Assembly: GCA_018398765.1 (NCBI GenBank)
Contig: JAHBMJ010000530.1
Location: forward strand, 1 to 46,186
Direction: 5' to 3'
DNA from: Chromera velia
Lineage: Eukaryota
DNA: 46,186 bases
Under the pieces are notes generated by a model. It saw nothing but the letters and a program-made list of their open reading frames with translations. It was not told the DNA's origin and did not search any database. Numbering within the stretch: the stretch's first letter is position 1; the number at the start of each line of letters is the position of its first letter. The position numbers and the translations under genes were made by a program. Positions 1 through 13,335 of the stretch are shown here, piece by piece.

Positions 1-2
1 GG

Positions 3-3000
3 GGGGGGCGTGTGAGATTGGCTCAGGGAGGATCGGGCTCAGGGTGGACTCGGGGGGGGGCAGCAGCCGTTTTGAGCTCCTCCTCTCTCGCGAGCAGGAG
101 CATCGAGTGCCTGCCGCTCCTTTGTTTTTCGTCGTGCGGCTGCGATTCATGCAGCTCGTTGGTAGAGTCAGAGAAGGCAGCACAAAACGTTGGGATTGAG
201 TTGGTGGGAGTCGGCAGGGAAGGGATGGGATCCTTCTTGTGTTCGTGCTCAGACGACGTTTGGACTGTGCTTGTGGGGGCAGTGATTGAGGTTACAGTGC
301 GGTTGTTGGGGGGACCTGGGGGGGGAGGGGCAGGTTCTGTTTCGCGTTCTGCGTCTTTTGGGGTGGACTGTGGAATTGCTACCAGCGTCTATCGTATCTG
401 TCTGAGTCAGTCTCCATCTGTCTCGTGGTCGACTTATCCGACCGCCATGCGTTTTTTCCTGTCGAGGGCAAAAGATCTTTTTGGATCGGGGGGGGGAGGG
501 ATTGGGGAGCAAGAGATGGTAGAAGATTTGGGGGGAGGGGGGGGGAATTTGGGAGCAAAGTCGCAATTGATCAGCGGGATCGTTCATTTGTTAGCGACTT
601 CCGAAGATGCTCTGATCACCGGTGGGGGGGGGAGCGTGGGGGGGTTACGTCTTTTGAGTGCATCCGTGCGCGTGTCTGCTCTGGTGGCATCGATTCCCTT
701 CTTGTTACCTCTGCTATTTTCTTTTTCACTTTCTGCTGCTCATCTGGAACCCGAGAGAGAGGAATCATTGCGGAGAAAGGGAATGGTGGATGATCCTCCA
801 GTTGATCTCCTGAGGGAGAGTCGTAGTGAGATGGCCTTGCGTTTGTGGCGGTTTGTTGCAGAGGGAATAGAATCGGTAGTTAGAGTTCTAGGTGAACGTG
901 TGGAGGCGGGGGTGGAGGGTGAGGGTGATTTTTCCGGAAGAGCCCTGGAGCAGCTCGAGACGAATGAGCACTCCAGGTTGGGGATTGAGGGCCAATGTAT
1001 GGTATCTGTTCTTTGTCTGTTTGTTCGGTCTCTGAAGGCTCTGTTTGAAGAAGCCAAGAAGGCTATGGAAGCTGTGGAAAGAGATGACATTGGTGTGGAG
1101 ACAGATCAAGATAGAGATGGTCAGAAGGGGGAGATGGAAGGGGTCGGAGAGGTTGGAGACATTTGGATGGGCAGACACTCTTCTGCCTCGGAAGAGTCTG
1201 AGGACTCGAGTGTGGTCGAGCTGATCGGTGGAGATTTCGAGGAAACCTCCGGTAAAGGTCCAAAAGAAAGAGCGGCATTGCGCAAGTCATCCCCAATTCT
1301 GTCTTGTTTTGCTCGACGCGATAGCGTCTCCCCAGCTGATCTTTTGGCTTTGCTTGCCGAATGTTTCCGGCAGCTTGAGAGACATCCGCCCTTGTTCACT
1401 TCCACAGGATTGGTGGATGATCTCCAGTCCTGTCGCAGGCTGAGTCTGCAGCTGTTCTCAGAGAACTGCCGCCTCAAAGCACTCAAGGTTGACTCAGTGC
1501 CCCCCGACTTGTTAAAAGCCCGAAATAACAAGAAAAGCGGGCTGTCGGGGGGAATGCAGAGAGAAATTGCCCCCCTGGCAGAATCTCTGCCGGCTGCACC
1601 AGCGGTGCGAAGGCTGAGCTCTGCCTCCGTCAGTCACGTGTCGATCAGCTCAGGGAGCGTCACACCTGGAGGGGTGGATGGTATGACGAGGAGTAAAGCC
1701 CGGGGGGGAGCGCATGGCGACAGGGGTGTGACAGAAGTGCATGTCGTTGAAGACGAAGACGAAGAAGAGGGGGAGTTGAGGGACAGTGACCTCGACAGTG
1801 ACTTGAGAATCGTGTCGCTTGGGCCATTGCAGTTTCCTTCGCGGGGCGTATGCAGACAGGGGGGGGGGGTTCCGCAAGAAGGGAGGGAGCATTCAGGATC
1901 AGGAACACAGCATGAACAGCTCTCGAGTGACCCTGTGTCGAAGAAAGTGCAATCGATTGAGCAAGGCTCATCCCTCAGTGTAGGCGGACAGAGACAGAAG
2001 AAGGTCGTATCGGATGGGGGGAACGACAGAGAGACAGCATTTGATAGGGGGCAGTCCGGGGAAGGGGCTGGTGGAGATGGACGAAGAAGAAGGTCAGCGG
2101 CAGGGGGCATCTCATTGAGCAGAGGTGAAATCGACAGAAAGCGGGGGGACAATCGTCCCGCCGTGTCCAGCGCTGCCTTTGCTGTTCCTGCACCCGGCGT
2201 GTCTCGGTCTTCTGCAGCCGCAGCCGCAGCAGCAGCCGTCTCTTCTTTGTCAGGGGGAGACAGGGGGGGTACAGGAGGGGGTCCGTCTGGGTCCGTGATT
2301 GGGCCCAAGTCGTCTTCGTCTTCCTCCTCCTCAGTCTCTCTTCCTGCTGCGCTGGTGAGGGCAGCACAGGGCCTCCGGACGGGGGTGGGGGGCAGTCAGC
2401 AGGTTGGCAGTGGAGTTGCAGATGATTCTTTCAAGGAATCCCTTCTGTTGCATGCAGCACAGAGGGCGAATGTGGACCCATCGTCCTTGGTCTCCCTTTC
2501 TGGAAATGGAAAGGGGGGAACAATTGGGGGGGAGCATTTTTCCTCGAGCATGAGCGTGGCTGGTAAATTCAAAAGCCGAAGCGAGGCCCTGGTGTTGGGG
2601 CACCAGTCGGGGTTTGGTGTGAGGCGACGTGCAAATGCGCAGTCGGGGGGAGGGTTTCGTTTCGGGGGTGGAAGAAACGGGGGGGGCGGGAAGGGTTCCT
2701 CTATTATTCAGAGACTGCGAAAGGAAGTGCGCATGGAAAAACAAGGTGGGTCGGTGGGTGGGTGGGTGGGTGGGTGAGTGGGGTTCCAATGTGCGTCTGT
2801 AAACCGATCTCTCGCAGTAATGGAAGAATGTCATAATACTGTAAGGGGAGGCAAAGAATGTCTTTCTTTATCTACGTGCTCGCTCAAAAGCGGTGGGGGC
2901 GTCACTCGAGTCCTTTCCCGTGCAGAAAGATATTTGCATCGATGAAACGTTGGTCCGACTTTTATGGAAGCCTTAGTATCCTTACCAGCCTCAGATCCAT

Positions 3001-6000
3001 TGGTGAGTGATGATGATGATGCAATGACAGAATTTTACTCAACAATTTTTGTTTTTCTCTCTGTCCCCCCGATACTTTTCTCTTCTCTCTTTCTTCCCCC
3101 TTTCCAAACTTTCTGTATTTTCTTTGAATCTTTCTTTTCCTTCGCCACTGTCCTGCAGTTGCTGGAGGACTTGGAGGAGCAGCGTCAGGGGGACAGCCTT
3201 CTGCCTTCCTGGTTGACAGACGTGCACTCGCCAGGCAAAGAGAGAGGGAGAGGGAGAGGGAAGAGAAGGAGAGAGTGTCGAAGGAACATGAGAAGAAACC
3301 TGGCGTCCAAATCCCCCCGCCTGAGCAAGACGCGCTGCATGGACCCCGGGTGGCAGCTGTGCAGAAGGAGAGAGAGAGGGAGAGGGGGAATCGGGTCGGA
3401 GTTACTCTGTTGAACCAGGGGGTGATGCCCTCTCAATTGCGAAATCTTGCATCGACATCGAAACCGGCGGCGGAGTATCACCGTCAGTCTGTCAGTGTCT
3501 CTGTCAGGCCGTCCGTCTGTTCAAGGCTATCATCGTTTTATCCTTCCTCAATTCTCAGTTGATGCGTTCATGTGCAAATAGACCAGAATTGAATACTTTC
3601 ATCCGTCTGGCTTTCGGTCAGTGAGTCAGTCAGTGAGTCGCGCTGGATTGTTCGACTAATCATTCTCTTCTTTTCTCCGCTCGAAGAGACGAGACAGAAT
3701 GGGCTTCTTCTGCCGGCGTGTGCATGCCAGGTGAGATACTCAGATGCCGCCCACATTTGTTTTTTCTTTTCCTTCTCTGCAGAAATGAGCCAGCAGCAGC
3801 GAGCTGAGGCTAGGCGCAACGCCCAGCAGGACGTGGAGCGCATGTTGCTGGAGGTTGTGCACTGGAATCCTTTCTCCCAGTACGCAAAGGAGAGGGATGA
3901 AGAAGAACTCATGCACGGAATCCAGCAGCAGGGGAATGGAGGGGGGGAGCACGGAAAGGGCAGAGGCAAGGAGTTAGATGCGGCACCTTCCCAAGCTGAG
4001 AAGGGTGAGGGGGTGGTCGCGGTGGGAGCGTGTCGGAGAGAGGAGGGGCAGAAGCAGGGGAGGCGGCCATTCGAGAAAGGGAGGATTCCGTCGGAGTTTC
4101 AGAGTCCCGAAGATTTCCGAAAGTCGGTGCTGCAATGCAAAGAAGGTGATGGATGCATCTGCTGCATTTTCCAAGGAGGGTCCAAACAAAAGATACCGAC
4201 TTACACCGTAATTGATGCATCCTTTTGCATGAGAACCAAGAGGTAGTACGTGCATTGGCATGGCATCGGGACCCCTTCTCTTCGTCCTCTCTTTGTCACC
4301 CGTCCTTCTCATCCTTTTTTCTCCACTTTCTTTACTGCCAGCCAGTCATCTTAGAGCCTCGCGCACATCGTTTTTTTTTTTTTTTGCCTGCCGTGTGTGC
4401 ACCTCTCTCTCTATTTCTCTGTCTGTCTGTCTGTCTGTTTGTCTGCAGAGTTTTTGGGCCCCTCGTTCTTGAGGAATGCCGCGCCTCTCTGATCTCCGCG
4501 AGTCTGGAGAGGCGCCTCGAGGGCAGGCGGGTTCGGTTTCTCTCTGTGGAGAGGCACTCCAAGTGGCAAATTGCAGACGTGATGCCTGTCGAGGAACCAA
4601 AAGGGGAACGAGAGACAGACACGACACCTCTACCCATTCCACTGGCTCTTGATCTCTGTCTCCTTCTTCCCGCCCCTCCCTCAACAGCAGCAACAGTGAA
4701 CACAGGAGGAGGAGCAAGGCCGCCGCAAGGGGTTGCAAGGAAGTCGCAGCCTACTCTTCCCATTGAGCGCTCGTTTGCGGAGGAAATTGAGGGTTGCATT
4801 CTCTCCGAACTCTCTCCTCCCTCGTGTGACTTCATTGTTGCCGTTTGTGATTCTGACAAGGGGCCTTACGAGGCCGTTTCAGAGGGTCTGAGGGGGGGAG
4901 GGGGGGGGGTGGCTGGAGACGGCAGCCGTCGAAGGGCTCCCCAGCGTCTCCGCCTCCGTTTCCTCGACACCCCGTTGGTGTTGTCACACAGCAGAGGCAG
5001 CAACCAGCAGAGGCACGGAGGAAACCTGCCTCGAGGCGTCATGCAAACTTCTGTGCTTCGGTGCGCAGGGAGTGAGTGGGTTGTTTTTTCGTTGGCCTCT
5101 CTCACGACTGCAGTGAGGGAGTTTCAAGCTTTGTACTTCTCTGGCTTCTCCCCCCTTTTCCACAAACTCCTCAGACCATCCCTCCATCGACCCAAGATGG
5201 AAGCAGATTATGAGAAGACCGCACAGAAACAGAGGGAGAAAGAAGCGTGCCTTGCAGCAGCTGTTTCCTCCACAGTAGTTGTTCCAAGAGATCCCTGGGA
5301 CACAGTGTTTGACGCCCAGTCGCTCAACTCATCGCAGCGCGTGGCTGTGCGCTGGGCCTTCCAATCCCCCTCCGGCATCTCTCTCACCCAGGGCCCCCCA
5401 GGCACAGGAAAGACAAAGACAATCCTCGCAATCATTGCCGTTTTCCTGGGAAGGCTCCGTTCCCTCGATGATGCCGCCGCCACAGCAGCAGGAGCAACGG
5501 CTAAAGCGGGGGAAGGGAAAGGAAATGCTGCTGCAGAGAACAGAAGCCGCAGCACCAGCAGCAGCAGCAGCGGGGTGCGTCCGACGCGACCCAAGCTCCT
5601 CGTGTGCGCTCCCTCAAATGCGGCGGTGGATGAGCTTGCGTGTCGAATTCTGAGCACCGGCCTCCAGCGTCCTTCGGACTCTGCCCATGGATCTTCTTCT
5701 TCTTCTTCTTCTTCTTTTTCTTCTTCTTCTTCTTCTTCTTTCACCAACCGGGTAGAGACCTTCAGACCCAAATGTGTGCGGGTCGGGGCCCCCCGGCAGA
5801 TCACCCGGGATGAGGTCCGTGCGATCAGTCTTGATTTGCACACGCGAGAAAAAGAAAGGGAGATTTTGGAGGTGCGAAAAGCACCCATTGAGGGGTTGAA
5901 GGCCAAACTTGGTGGTGTCAGGCGACAGCTTGAGGCTGTTGCGGAACAGTTGGAGGCAGCCGAGGCGGGGCGGCAGGGAGGGGGTTGTTTGACGGGGACG

Positions 6001-9000
6001 GATGTCGAAGAGGGGGAGGTGAGAATGTCTGACGAGGACGCAGCTGAGTCTGCGCAGTCGTTGAGAGCCCAAAAGAAAGAACTGACTGTTGAGAAAAAGA
6101 AACTGCAGGAGTCCCTGCAAAACCTTCAGGCAACCCTGAAAGAAGATGAGGGGAGAGCGGAGATTTCCAAAAAAGCGAAACAGATTCTGTTGATGGAGGC
6201 AGATTTGATCTTTGCAACTCTATCCGGTGCCGGGTCTGAAGTCCTCTGGGGGCCCGGGGCTCCGCGCATCGCCGCCGCAATTGTGGACGAGGCAGCTCAG
6301 GCCGTTGAGTTGTCCACCCTCATTCCTCTGAGGCACGGAATTCGCGCGTTGGTGCTTGTGGGGGACCCACAGCAGCTTCCAGCAACGGTTCTTTCGAAAG
6401 AGAACCGTGCAGCTGGATACGATCGCTCGCTTTTTCGTCGTCTGGAGGAAGCCGGCGTTCCTGTCCACATGCTCTCCAAACAGTATCGCATGAGACCGAA
6501 AATTTCTGCTTTCCCCAGAGCCTTCTTCTATGAGGGCAAGCTCGAAGACGCGGAGGAAACACAAACACGAGGGGTTCTCGGCTTGTTTGGGGCACCGGGG
6601 GGGATTTTTGGTGAGCTCCGTTTTTTCAATCTTGTTGCAGCCGAGAGACGCGGTCGTTCTCTTTCTGTCTCAAACGATGCAGAGGCTGAGTTTGTCGCCC
6701 GCCTCGTGTCAGCTCTGTCAACTCTCCCTTTGTCTGTCACAGGAATAGCACTCACGGACATTGTTGTGTTGACGCCTTACAGAGAGCAGGCGAATTTGAT
6801 TCGAAGGAAGCTCGTTTCAGTGTGCGGGTGTGCCGGTGACGCCGTTGACATCTGTACAGTCGATTCGTTCCAAGGCAGAGAGAGGAAGTGCGTGATCTTC
6901 AGCTGCGTCCGGTCGTCACTTGCTGCGGCCAGAGCTGCACAAGAGAGGCGGGCTGAGGCAGTTGCTGCTGATAGGTTGATGTCTTCTCTAGGTGGCTGGG
7001 GGAGTTTTGAAAGTCCGATAGCACACAGACAGACTTCCTCGTCCTCTTCTGGTCGGCATATGTCCTTGAGTTCTGTCTCGAGGGGACTCCCTTCTTTCCT
7101 CTTTGACAGCGGTGTGCGTGGAAGAAAGGGAAATGAGAGGGAGAAGGAGGGAAGGGGGGACACGTCACTCCAGTCCCAACAACAACAACCAGACTCCCAA
7201 AACCCCAAACTCCGCAGCCTCAACCGTTGCCCCACTGCCTCCACCCCCGCAAGGCTCACGTCCCACGGGGAGGGCAACAGGGGGGCAACGGGGCAGGCTG
7301 TCTCAGCCTCAGCCTCGGTCAGCCCCCTGACAACAGTGTGCAGGGGCAGGTCGGGACGCACGGTGAGTTCCTCGGGGGCCTTTTCTTCCGCGGAAGCAAA
7401 GATGATGCAGTCGCGGCAGGAGCAGCAGAGCCTGGGTTTCCTTGCAGACACGCGGAGATTGAATGTGGCAGTCACGCGGGCACGGGATGCGTTATGGGTC
7501 GTAGGCAGCAGCCCTGTGCTGGTCAGTCACCGTGCGTTCAAGAAACTGATTGCGTACGCAAAATATGTGGGGGGATTCGTTGACGTTGCCTCGTGGGCAG
7601 CGTCCGGCCCGCAGCGTGGTCCTGGGCCACGGGATTCGGCTGCCTTGTCTGAGAAAGCCCAGGTAGCTTCCTTCTGGAGGAGTGCGAATATCCGTCTGAA
7701 GGAATGGGAGAAGTCCCCCGAAGTGCAGCAGCAGCAGCAGCAGGAGAAAGAGGAGAGAGAGTTGGTAAACAAAAAACCGCGTGAAGGTTCTTCGGTCAGA
7801 GAGAGGGCAGGGGAGGACGGGAGGGAGAACAAGAGGCCATCTGCTGCTGTTGGATCTCAGAAAGATCTGCAGGAAGGGGTACGCGTCGATTTGAAGAGGA
7901 AAAGGAAGATTCCAGAGGGGGGGGAGACAGAGAGATTTGAAGGGACGCTCCCCCCAGAGAGGGAGCACAGGAAGGAGAAGGCTCCTCTTTTTGTTCAGGG
8001 ACAGGGGAAGGGGGAGGGGAAGGGGAATGGGAAGGAAGCTCTTGAGTCTGTGGGACAGAAACGGCCTTTTCCGTTTTCGTCTGTCGATCCCCCTGCTGCT
8101 GGGGGGACTCTTCCTCCTCGGGATATCCGGGAGGGTCAGGTTGATCGGGCACAGAGGGATAGACATGAGGGGGGCCTGGGGAGCCCTGGGGGTAAACAGA
8201 ATCATGCCGTGGGTTCTTTGGCTCTTGAAAGGGAGCGAAAAAAAGTTAAGCTCCTGCCCTCTTCAGATATCTCTCAGTCTGATTTGCAAGCTTCTTCTTC
8301 TTCCTCCTCCTCCTCTCTGCCTCGCATGGGAGAAAGAGGGGTTAGTGCAGCAGGTGGGGGAGCAGTTATGCCTGCACGACCAAACGCAGAGAGGCGGCGC
8401 ACAAAGCTGGTGCCTCCCCGTGTACCTAATGTTGGGGGTCCCCTTTCTCTTCGTGGAATCCCGCCGCCCCCCCTTTCTGGTGCGAGTGTGCCCGCAACCT
8501 CTTCGAGGCTAGTCAGCAGCAGGCGTGGCGCAGAAGGGGTCAGAGAAACGACAAGCGAGGGCCTTTCTGCCGAAATTCGACCGTCAGCTCATTCGCATCA
8601 TCCACATGCACCCGCTCCAGCAGTGCAGATGCAAGGGGCGCAAACGAAGAAGAGAGGGAGAGACGCAGATCCACGAGCTCGTCCTACGGCTACTGCTGCT
8701 ATTGCGGCTGCAGCTGCTGTCGATTTTTCGTCTTTTGCTTTCTCTTCCTCTCCCCCCTCATCCGCGTCAGTCTTCCACTCACAATCGCACTCTCAATCTC
8801 AGTCCTTTCCCCAAAGCCTCCCCGCCCCCGTGCGTCCACGTTCACAGAGAGATGGAGAACAGATACAGAGGGAGAGAGGCAACCAGCATCCAGGGCAAGT
8901 TGCTGCAGGGGCTGCCGCCACCGGCGGAGAAAGAGAAGCAGGCAGAGGGGGAAGGGAGGAGAGGCGAAAAGTCAAACTGATAGGGGCCTCGCGACCCCCA

Positions 9001-9309
9001 TCGCTCCCTTTTCCCCTTTCTGCACAAGGACAAAGCCGCCCTCCCAATCACGGGGGGTCGGTCACTTCCATACCCCCTCAAAGGCGACAGCGGGTAACAC
9101 AAGGGGACCCAACTCCGATCACCCAAACGCAAATACAAGCACAAGCACACACGCGCGCCCGTGCTGCTGTTTCTCATCCGCCCCCTGTCACAGGGTCCTC
9201 CTCGAGTCACTCTCAGGGCAGACCCCCAAGTCGTGCTGCTGAGGCTCTCTCTGAAAGACCATCTCAGACCGCGCAACCACCAGAGCGTCCCTTTCGACGC
9301 CCCTCATAA
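3..9309 (+). CDS. SEN1: Sen1/senataxin-like UPF1-family SF1 RNA/DNA helicase, spliced and 5'-truncated; exons <3..2745, 3159..3482, 3783..4122, 4449..9309 (>=2755 aa)
   Basis: The last exon carries the SF1 motifs QGPPGTGKT (I), LVCAPSNAAVDEL (Ia), IVDEAAQ (II), LVGDPQQL (III), YDRSLF, QYRM (IV), LTPYREQ, TVDSFQGRE (V) and GFLADTRRLNVAVTRAR (VI). The splice at 4122/4449 rebuilds the Sen1-type FQSPEDFRKVFGPLVLEEC segment. All three introns are GT-AG with matching phases (1,1,2), and the first exon frame is open from the window edge. No UPF1 CH domain is seen. Linkage of the first exon is less certain than the helicase exon. Confidence 0.85.
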
Positions 9310-10043
9310 CTTCTATTCATGCTGAAATGAACTCAAATCCTTGCTCAAATCACGATGAATGCTGTCTGACACAGGGGTTCACCCGCTTTATAGGCAGAGC
9401 TAGAGGCAGAGTGGGTAAGCGCAGGATTCCGCACAAGATTCAGTGTCGACATGCAGTGTGACTCGGAGTCAAGTTTTGCTCAGTCAACGTCTTACAGTGG
9501 ATCGCACCGCGGCAGAGCAACCATAAATATTAATTCTTTGATAAATCTAGTGATAAATCTTATCATAAACCAATCGATGCAATTGTGTTAGTCTATATTA
9601 TACAGATTTATAAAAAAACTAATACCTGAAGGATATGATAGGATTAATTAGGATTAATGTCTGGAGGATTGGTCTCTTACTCCCATGGCGACTCATTGGC
9701 GAGCGTTGGACGTACAGCCCGGGTGTACGTAATCAAGTCTATAATAATGAGTCTAATATTACAAAAACTTTTTATTGTATTTAATAATTATCATGATCAT
9801 CATCATATCATTATGTGATCTTATAGATGCGATTATCACAAATTCATATATGTATATACACATACTCACTACCCGTATTTAGACGTGTGTTATCATCTAG
9901 ACTATCCTGTGTTTAGATCATGTCAGATCATGCTATATTTAAAAGGCTAATTTTTTAAACAGGCTCATAAAAGCTTAACCTCCTCAAAACTTAGTACTTC
10001 ATGTTTTTTGTTGTTTCAAAGTTGCCTTAGCTTGCGCAGAAGC

Positions 10044-10055
10044 ACTCTCTCTCTT

Positions 10056-10099
<44 letters not shown>
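10044..10099. repeat. (CT)n microsatellite; one of many (CT)n/(CA)n/(TCTG)n runs, also ~10975-11025, 11276-11320, 13271-13330, 15323-15381, 20556-20630 and 28059-28150
   Basis: Direct inspection. Confidence 0.9.
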
Positions 10100-10101
<2 letters not shown>

Positions 10102-10473
10102 GAGCCTCTCTTTCTCTTTCACACTCACACATACAGAGTATTACAGACATAATCCTAGACACGGACTCTATGTGTGTGTTTGTGCTAGTTGGTGCATAAA
10201 CACTCGACTACCTCTCTTCTTTCGGACTCTTTCTCTCACCCGCTCTCGATCTCCTTCTGTCACTACCAACCACCTAGCTGTACAAGAAGGAGATTCATTC
10301 TCCCCTAGCTTTGACACGCCGCGATTCCCAATCAGTCGATCAGTCAGTCACTGCAGTTATTTCGATCGATCCGTCCTTTTGCATTTCATGCCATTCCTAG
10401 CTGACAACAGTGCAGTGAGACAGCGGAAGGAAGATGTCGGTATGGCAATCACGAAGAAGCGTCAGCATTTGAA

Positions 10474-10510
<37 letters not shown>

Positions 10511-10697
10511 TCTCTCTCTTTCTGCCTTTCTGTTACGGCCGCTGCTGTCACATCTCAAAACAGCATCCACTGCATGCACTTGCCCCTTCCCCAATTGTCA
10601 AAACAACGAACGCGAATCATTTAATAATCACAATCAAAGAAGCAGTATTGTCGCTCCCTCTCCATGCCACTCAAATGACTCCATGCACCCTGCCGCC

Positions 10698-10992
10698 TCA
10701 ACGTCTCCTCTGCCCCTGCCCAGACGCAGCCGCTCCATAAATTCCCTTCCCATACCCGTATCCCCCTGCTGAGCCCTTTGCCTGAGCCGGAGAGAACGAA
10801 CCTCCACCGGGCGCTCCTCTTCCTGTCACTGCACCGTAAGGAGCAGAGGAAGAGGGGGGAACCGAGTTCATCTGCATGGACGACTGCACTCCGAAGCCGC
10901 CCCCTGCAGAGGTCGCGGTGCCTCCGAGACTCTCGTACGCCTGCAAGCAAACAGTTGTTCGTTCAATGTCCATGCACACACACACACACACA

Positions 10993-11024
<32 letters not shown>

Positions 11025-11276
11025 CATGTGCATATGTACACAAAAAAAAACCTCCGCAATCACATCACGTATTCATTCACTCCCTCACTGACACAACACT
11101 CTCTCTCTCTCTCACGCACGCATACACGCTCTCTCTCTCTCACACACACCCACAGAGAGAGAGAGAGAGAGAGAGAGAGACCACTCTCGATTTCTATCTG
11201 TCCCTCACACACGCACACTCACAAGAGACTACAAAGGGGGTAGAAAACCTCACTCTCTCTTAGACTGCAAGTCTTT

Positions 11277-11320
<44 letters not shown>

Positions 11321-13285
11321 AACTCACACTTGCTCCCTGTGTTGCCCCCCCATAGAAGGATGATGTGTCCCCTGCGCCCCCCGTGGAAGAAGAGGGAGGG
11401 ACGTCTGCCTTGTCAAGAAGAATCAGCTCTCCTCTGTACTTAGGGAGAACAACCTCAGTGGAGAAACGTTCAGTGCCTGCACGCATGGCGGTCTTGTGTT
11501 GCGGTGTTGCAAGTGAGTGTGTTACACAGTGAATGAATCAGGTACCCTCACTCCCCAGCCAGTGCTGGACTCAATTAGGGCGTCATCGAGTCCATTTTCG
11601 TCTCAATCTTTTAACGGCTGTGAACAAGGAGAGGTGCAAATGGACGTTTTTCATGTCCTTAGTGAGGACGAAAGCTGGGAAGAAAAAAGGAAGAGTAACA
11701 ACTCGGAGAGAGGAAGAGAGGAAGGAAGACAGGGCGGAGTAGGGGAAGAAAGAGAGAGAGGGGGAAGGAGAAAGAAAGAGAAGAAGAGAAAGAAAGCGAA
11801 AGATCCAGACCAAACAAACGAGTCTTCAACTCACCGTCTTGCCCAACCCATTTTCGAGTCTGAAGACTTCCCTCCACATACAATTTCTTTCCCTTCCTGC
11901 AAGCAGATAGATGATCTTTTTTCAAGTCAAACGCTTTCTTGACACCAAAGAATTGCTTTCACATCCTTCGCTTCTCCCCCCCTGCCTCCCATCCCTCCCT
12001 CCGTCCTTTCTTTCTTCGTCGCTCACGACAGTGTTCGAATGCGGCTCTTTTCCGTCGCCCTTTTGCTGCCTTTTGCGCATGGCCAACTTTTCCCCCTTTT
12101 ACACATGTGCGTGTACACATCACGTACGCATCTTGTGTGTAGACTCATCATGCGTCCATGGACCTGTGCAGGCCCACCTTGCGTATTTCTCCACGATGTT
12201 CACCAACGCATGCATTTTCTTTCAAGTATGAAGAATTCTGTATGAAAGAAAATGCACACACCTTGCGTATTTCTCCACGATGTCCACCAACGCCTGGTCG
12301 AAGACGACCACGCGGTGCCATTCCGTTTTACTCCGCACATCCCCCGTCGACTGCAGCACTATGCAGGAAGGCAGGCAGGTCTTCTCATCAATCAGTGTGT
12401 CCATCTGTCCATCGGTCTGCTTGTTTTTTCAGACAAAAGCCAGTTTCTATTTTTTTGATTGAAAGCGGGATGATCCAGAGAAGAAACACTTTTTGAAGGA
12501 AGGACGCAGTACCAGCTAGGTGAAACCAGACCATTGATGTGAATTGTTACGATGCTGGAGAAAAGAAAAGTTCTTTCATGTCTCGTGTGAATGGGAATAA
12601 AATCTCTTTGACTTTGCAACTGCACAACGAACCCCGGACCGAGCTAGGAATGAGGCTTTGGTGACACTCGAGTCGATGGAGGACGAGAGTGAGTCTGCAT
12701 GAAAGAAGAGGCGTTCTGATTGAATTGACGCACGCATCCCAAGCATGTATGTACGCACCTTGTCCTTCCAAGTTTCCGATGTGGCTAAATTGAGAGACGC
12801 CATTCTCTCTCCGGAGGACATCACGCGCACCTGCATGGAAGACACCAGAAAGCAAACAACATGAAGAAGCAGAGGGAGCAGAGCAATGAAAACGAAGATT
12901 CATTCACACTCTCTCCAGGACGGATCGACATGCGAGACAAAGGGAGCGACGCCAATCCCTTCTCTGAATCAAATGAAGAGATTCAAAGCTCAACACGCTG
13001 ACGATAGCCGCATTTCCTCTCTTCTTCATGTTCCTCACTCATTCATCTGTGCATCATTCGGTCCCCTCGCTCGCTCTGCTTTTAGTGTTGGTGCCCCTCT
13101 CCATTCCTGCCTATCTGTCCCTCTGTGTGCCTGTCTGTGTGCTGTCTATTGTGTTCATGAAGAAAAGAAGGGAGAAGAAGAAACATATGGTCTGTCTGTC
13201 TGTCCGTCTGTCTGCCTGCCTGCCTGCCTGCCTGTCTGCAGAGACAGTTAGAAAATTTAGTCCGTCTCCCGTGTGTGTGTGTGTG

Positions 13286-13335
<50 letters not shown>

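Noticed and set aside
4225..4448. N-terminus of the 1694-aa ORF as real coding sequence
   Set aside because: It is a pyrimidine-rich intron end with acceptor CTGCAG at 4448; coding resumes at 4449.
6916..7428. Intein in the helicase
   Set aside because: No C-terminal His-Asn or homing-endonuclease motifs; low-complexity composition.
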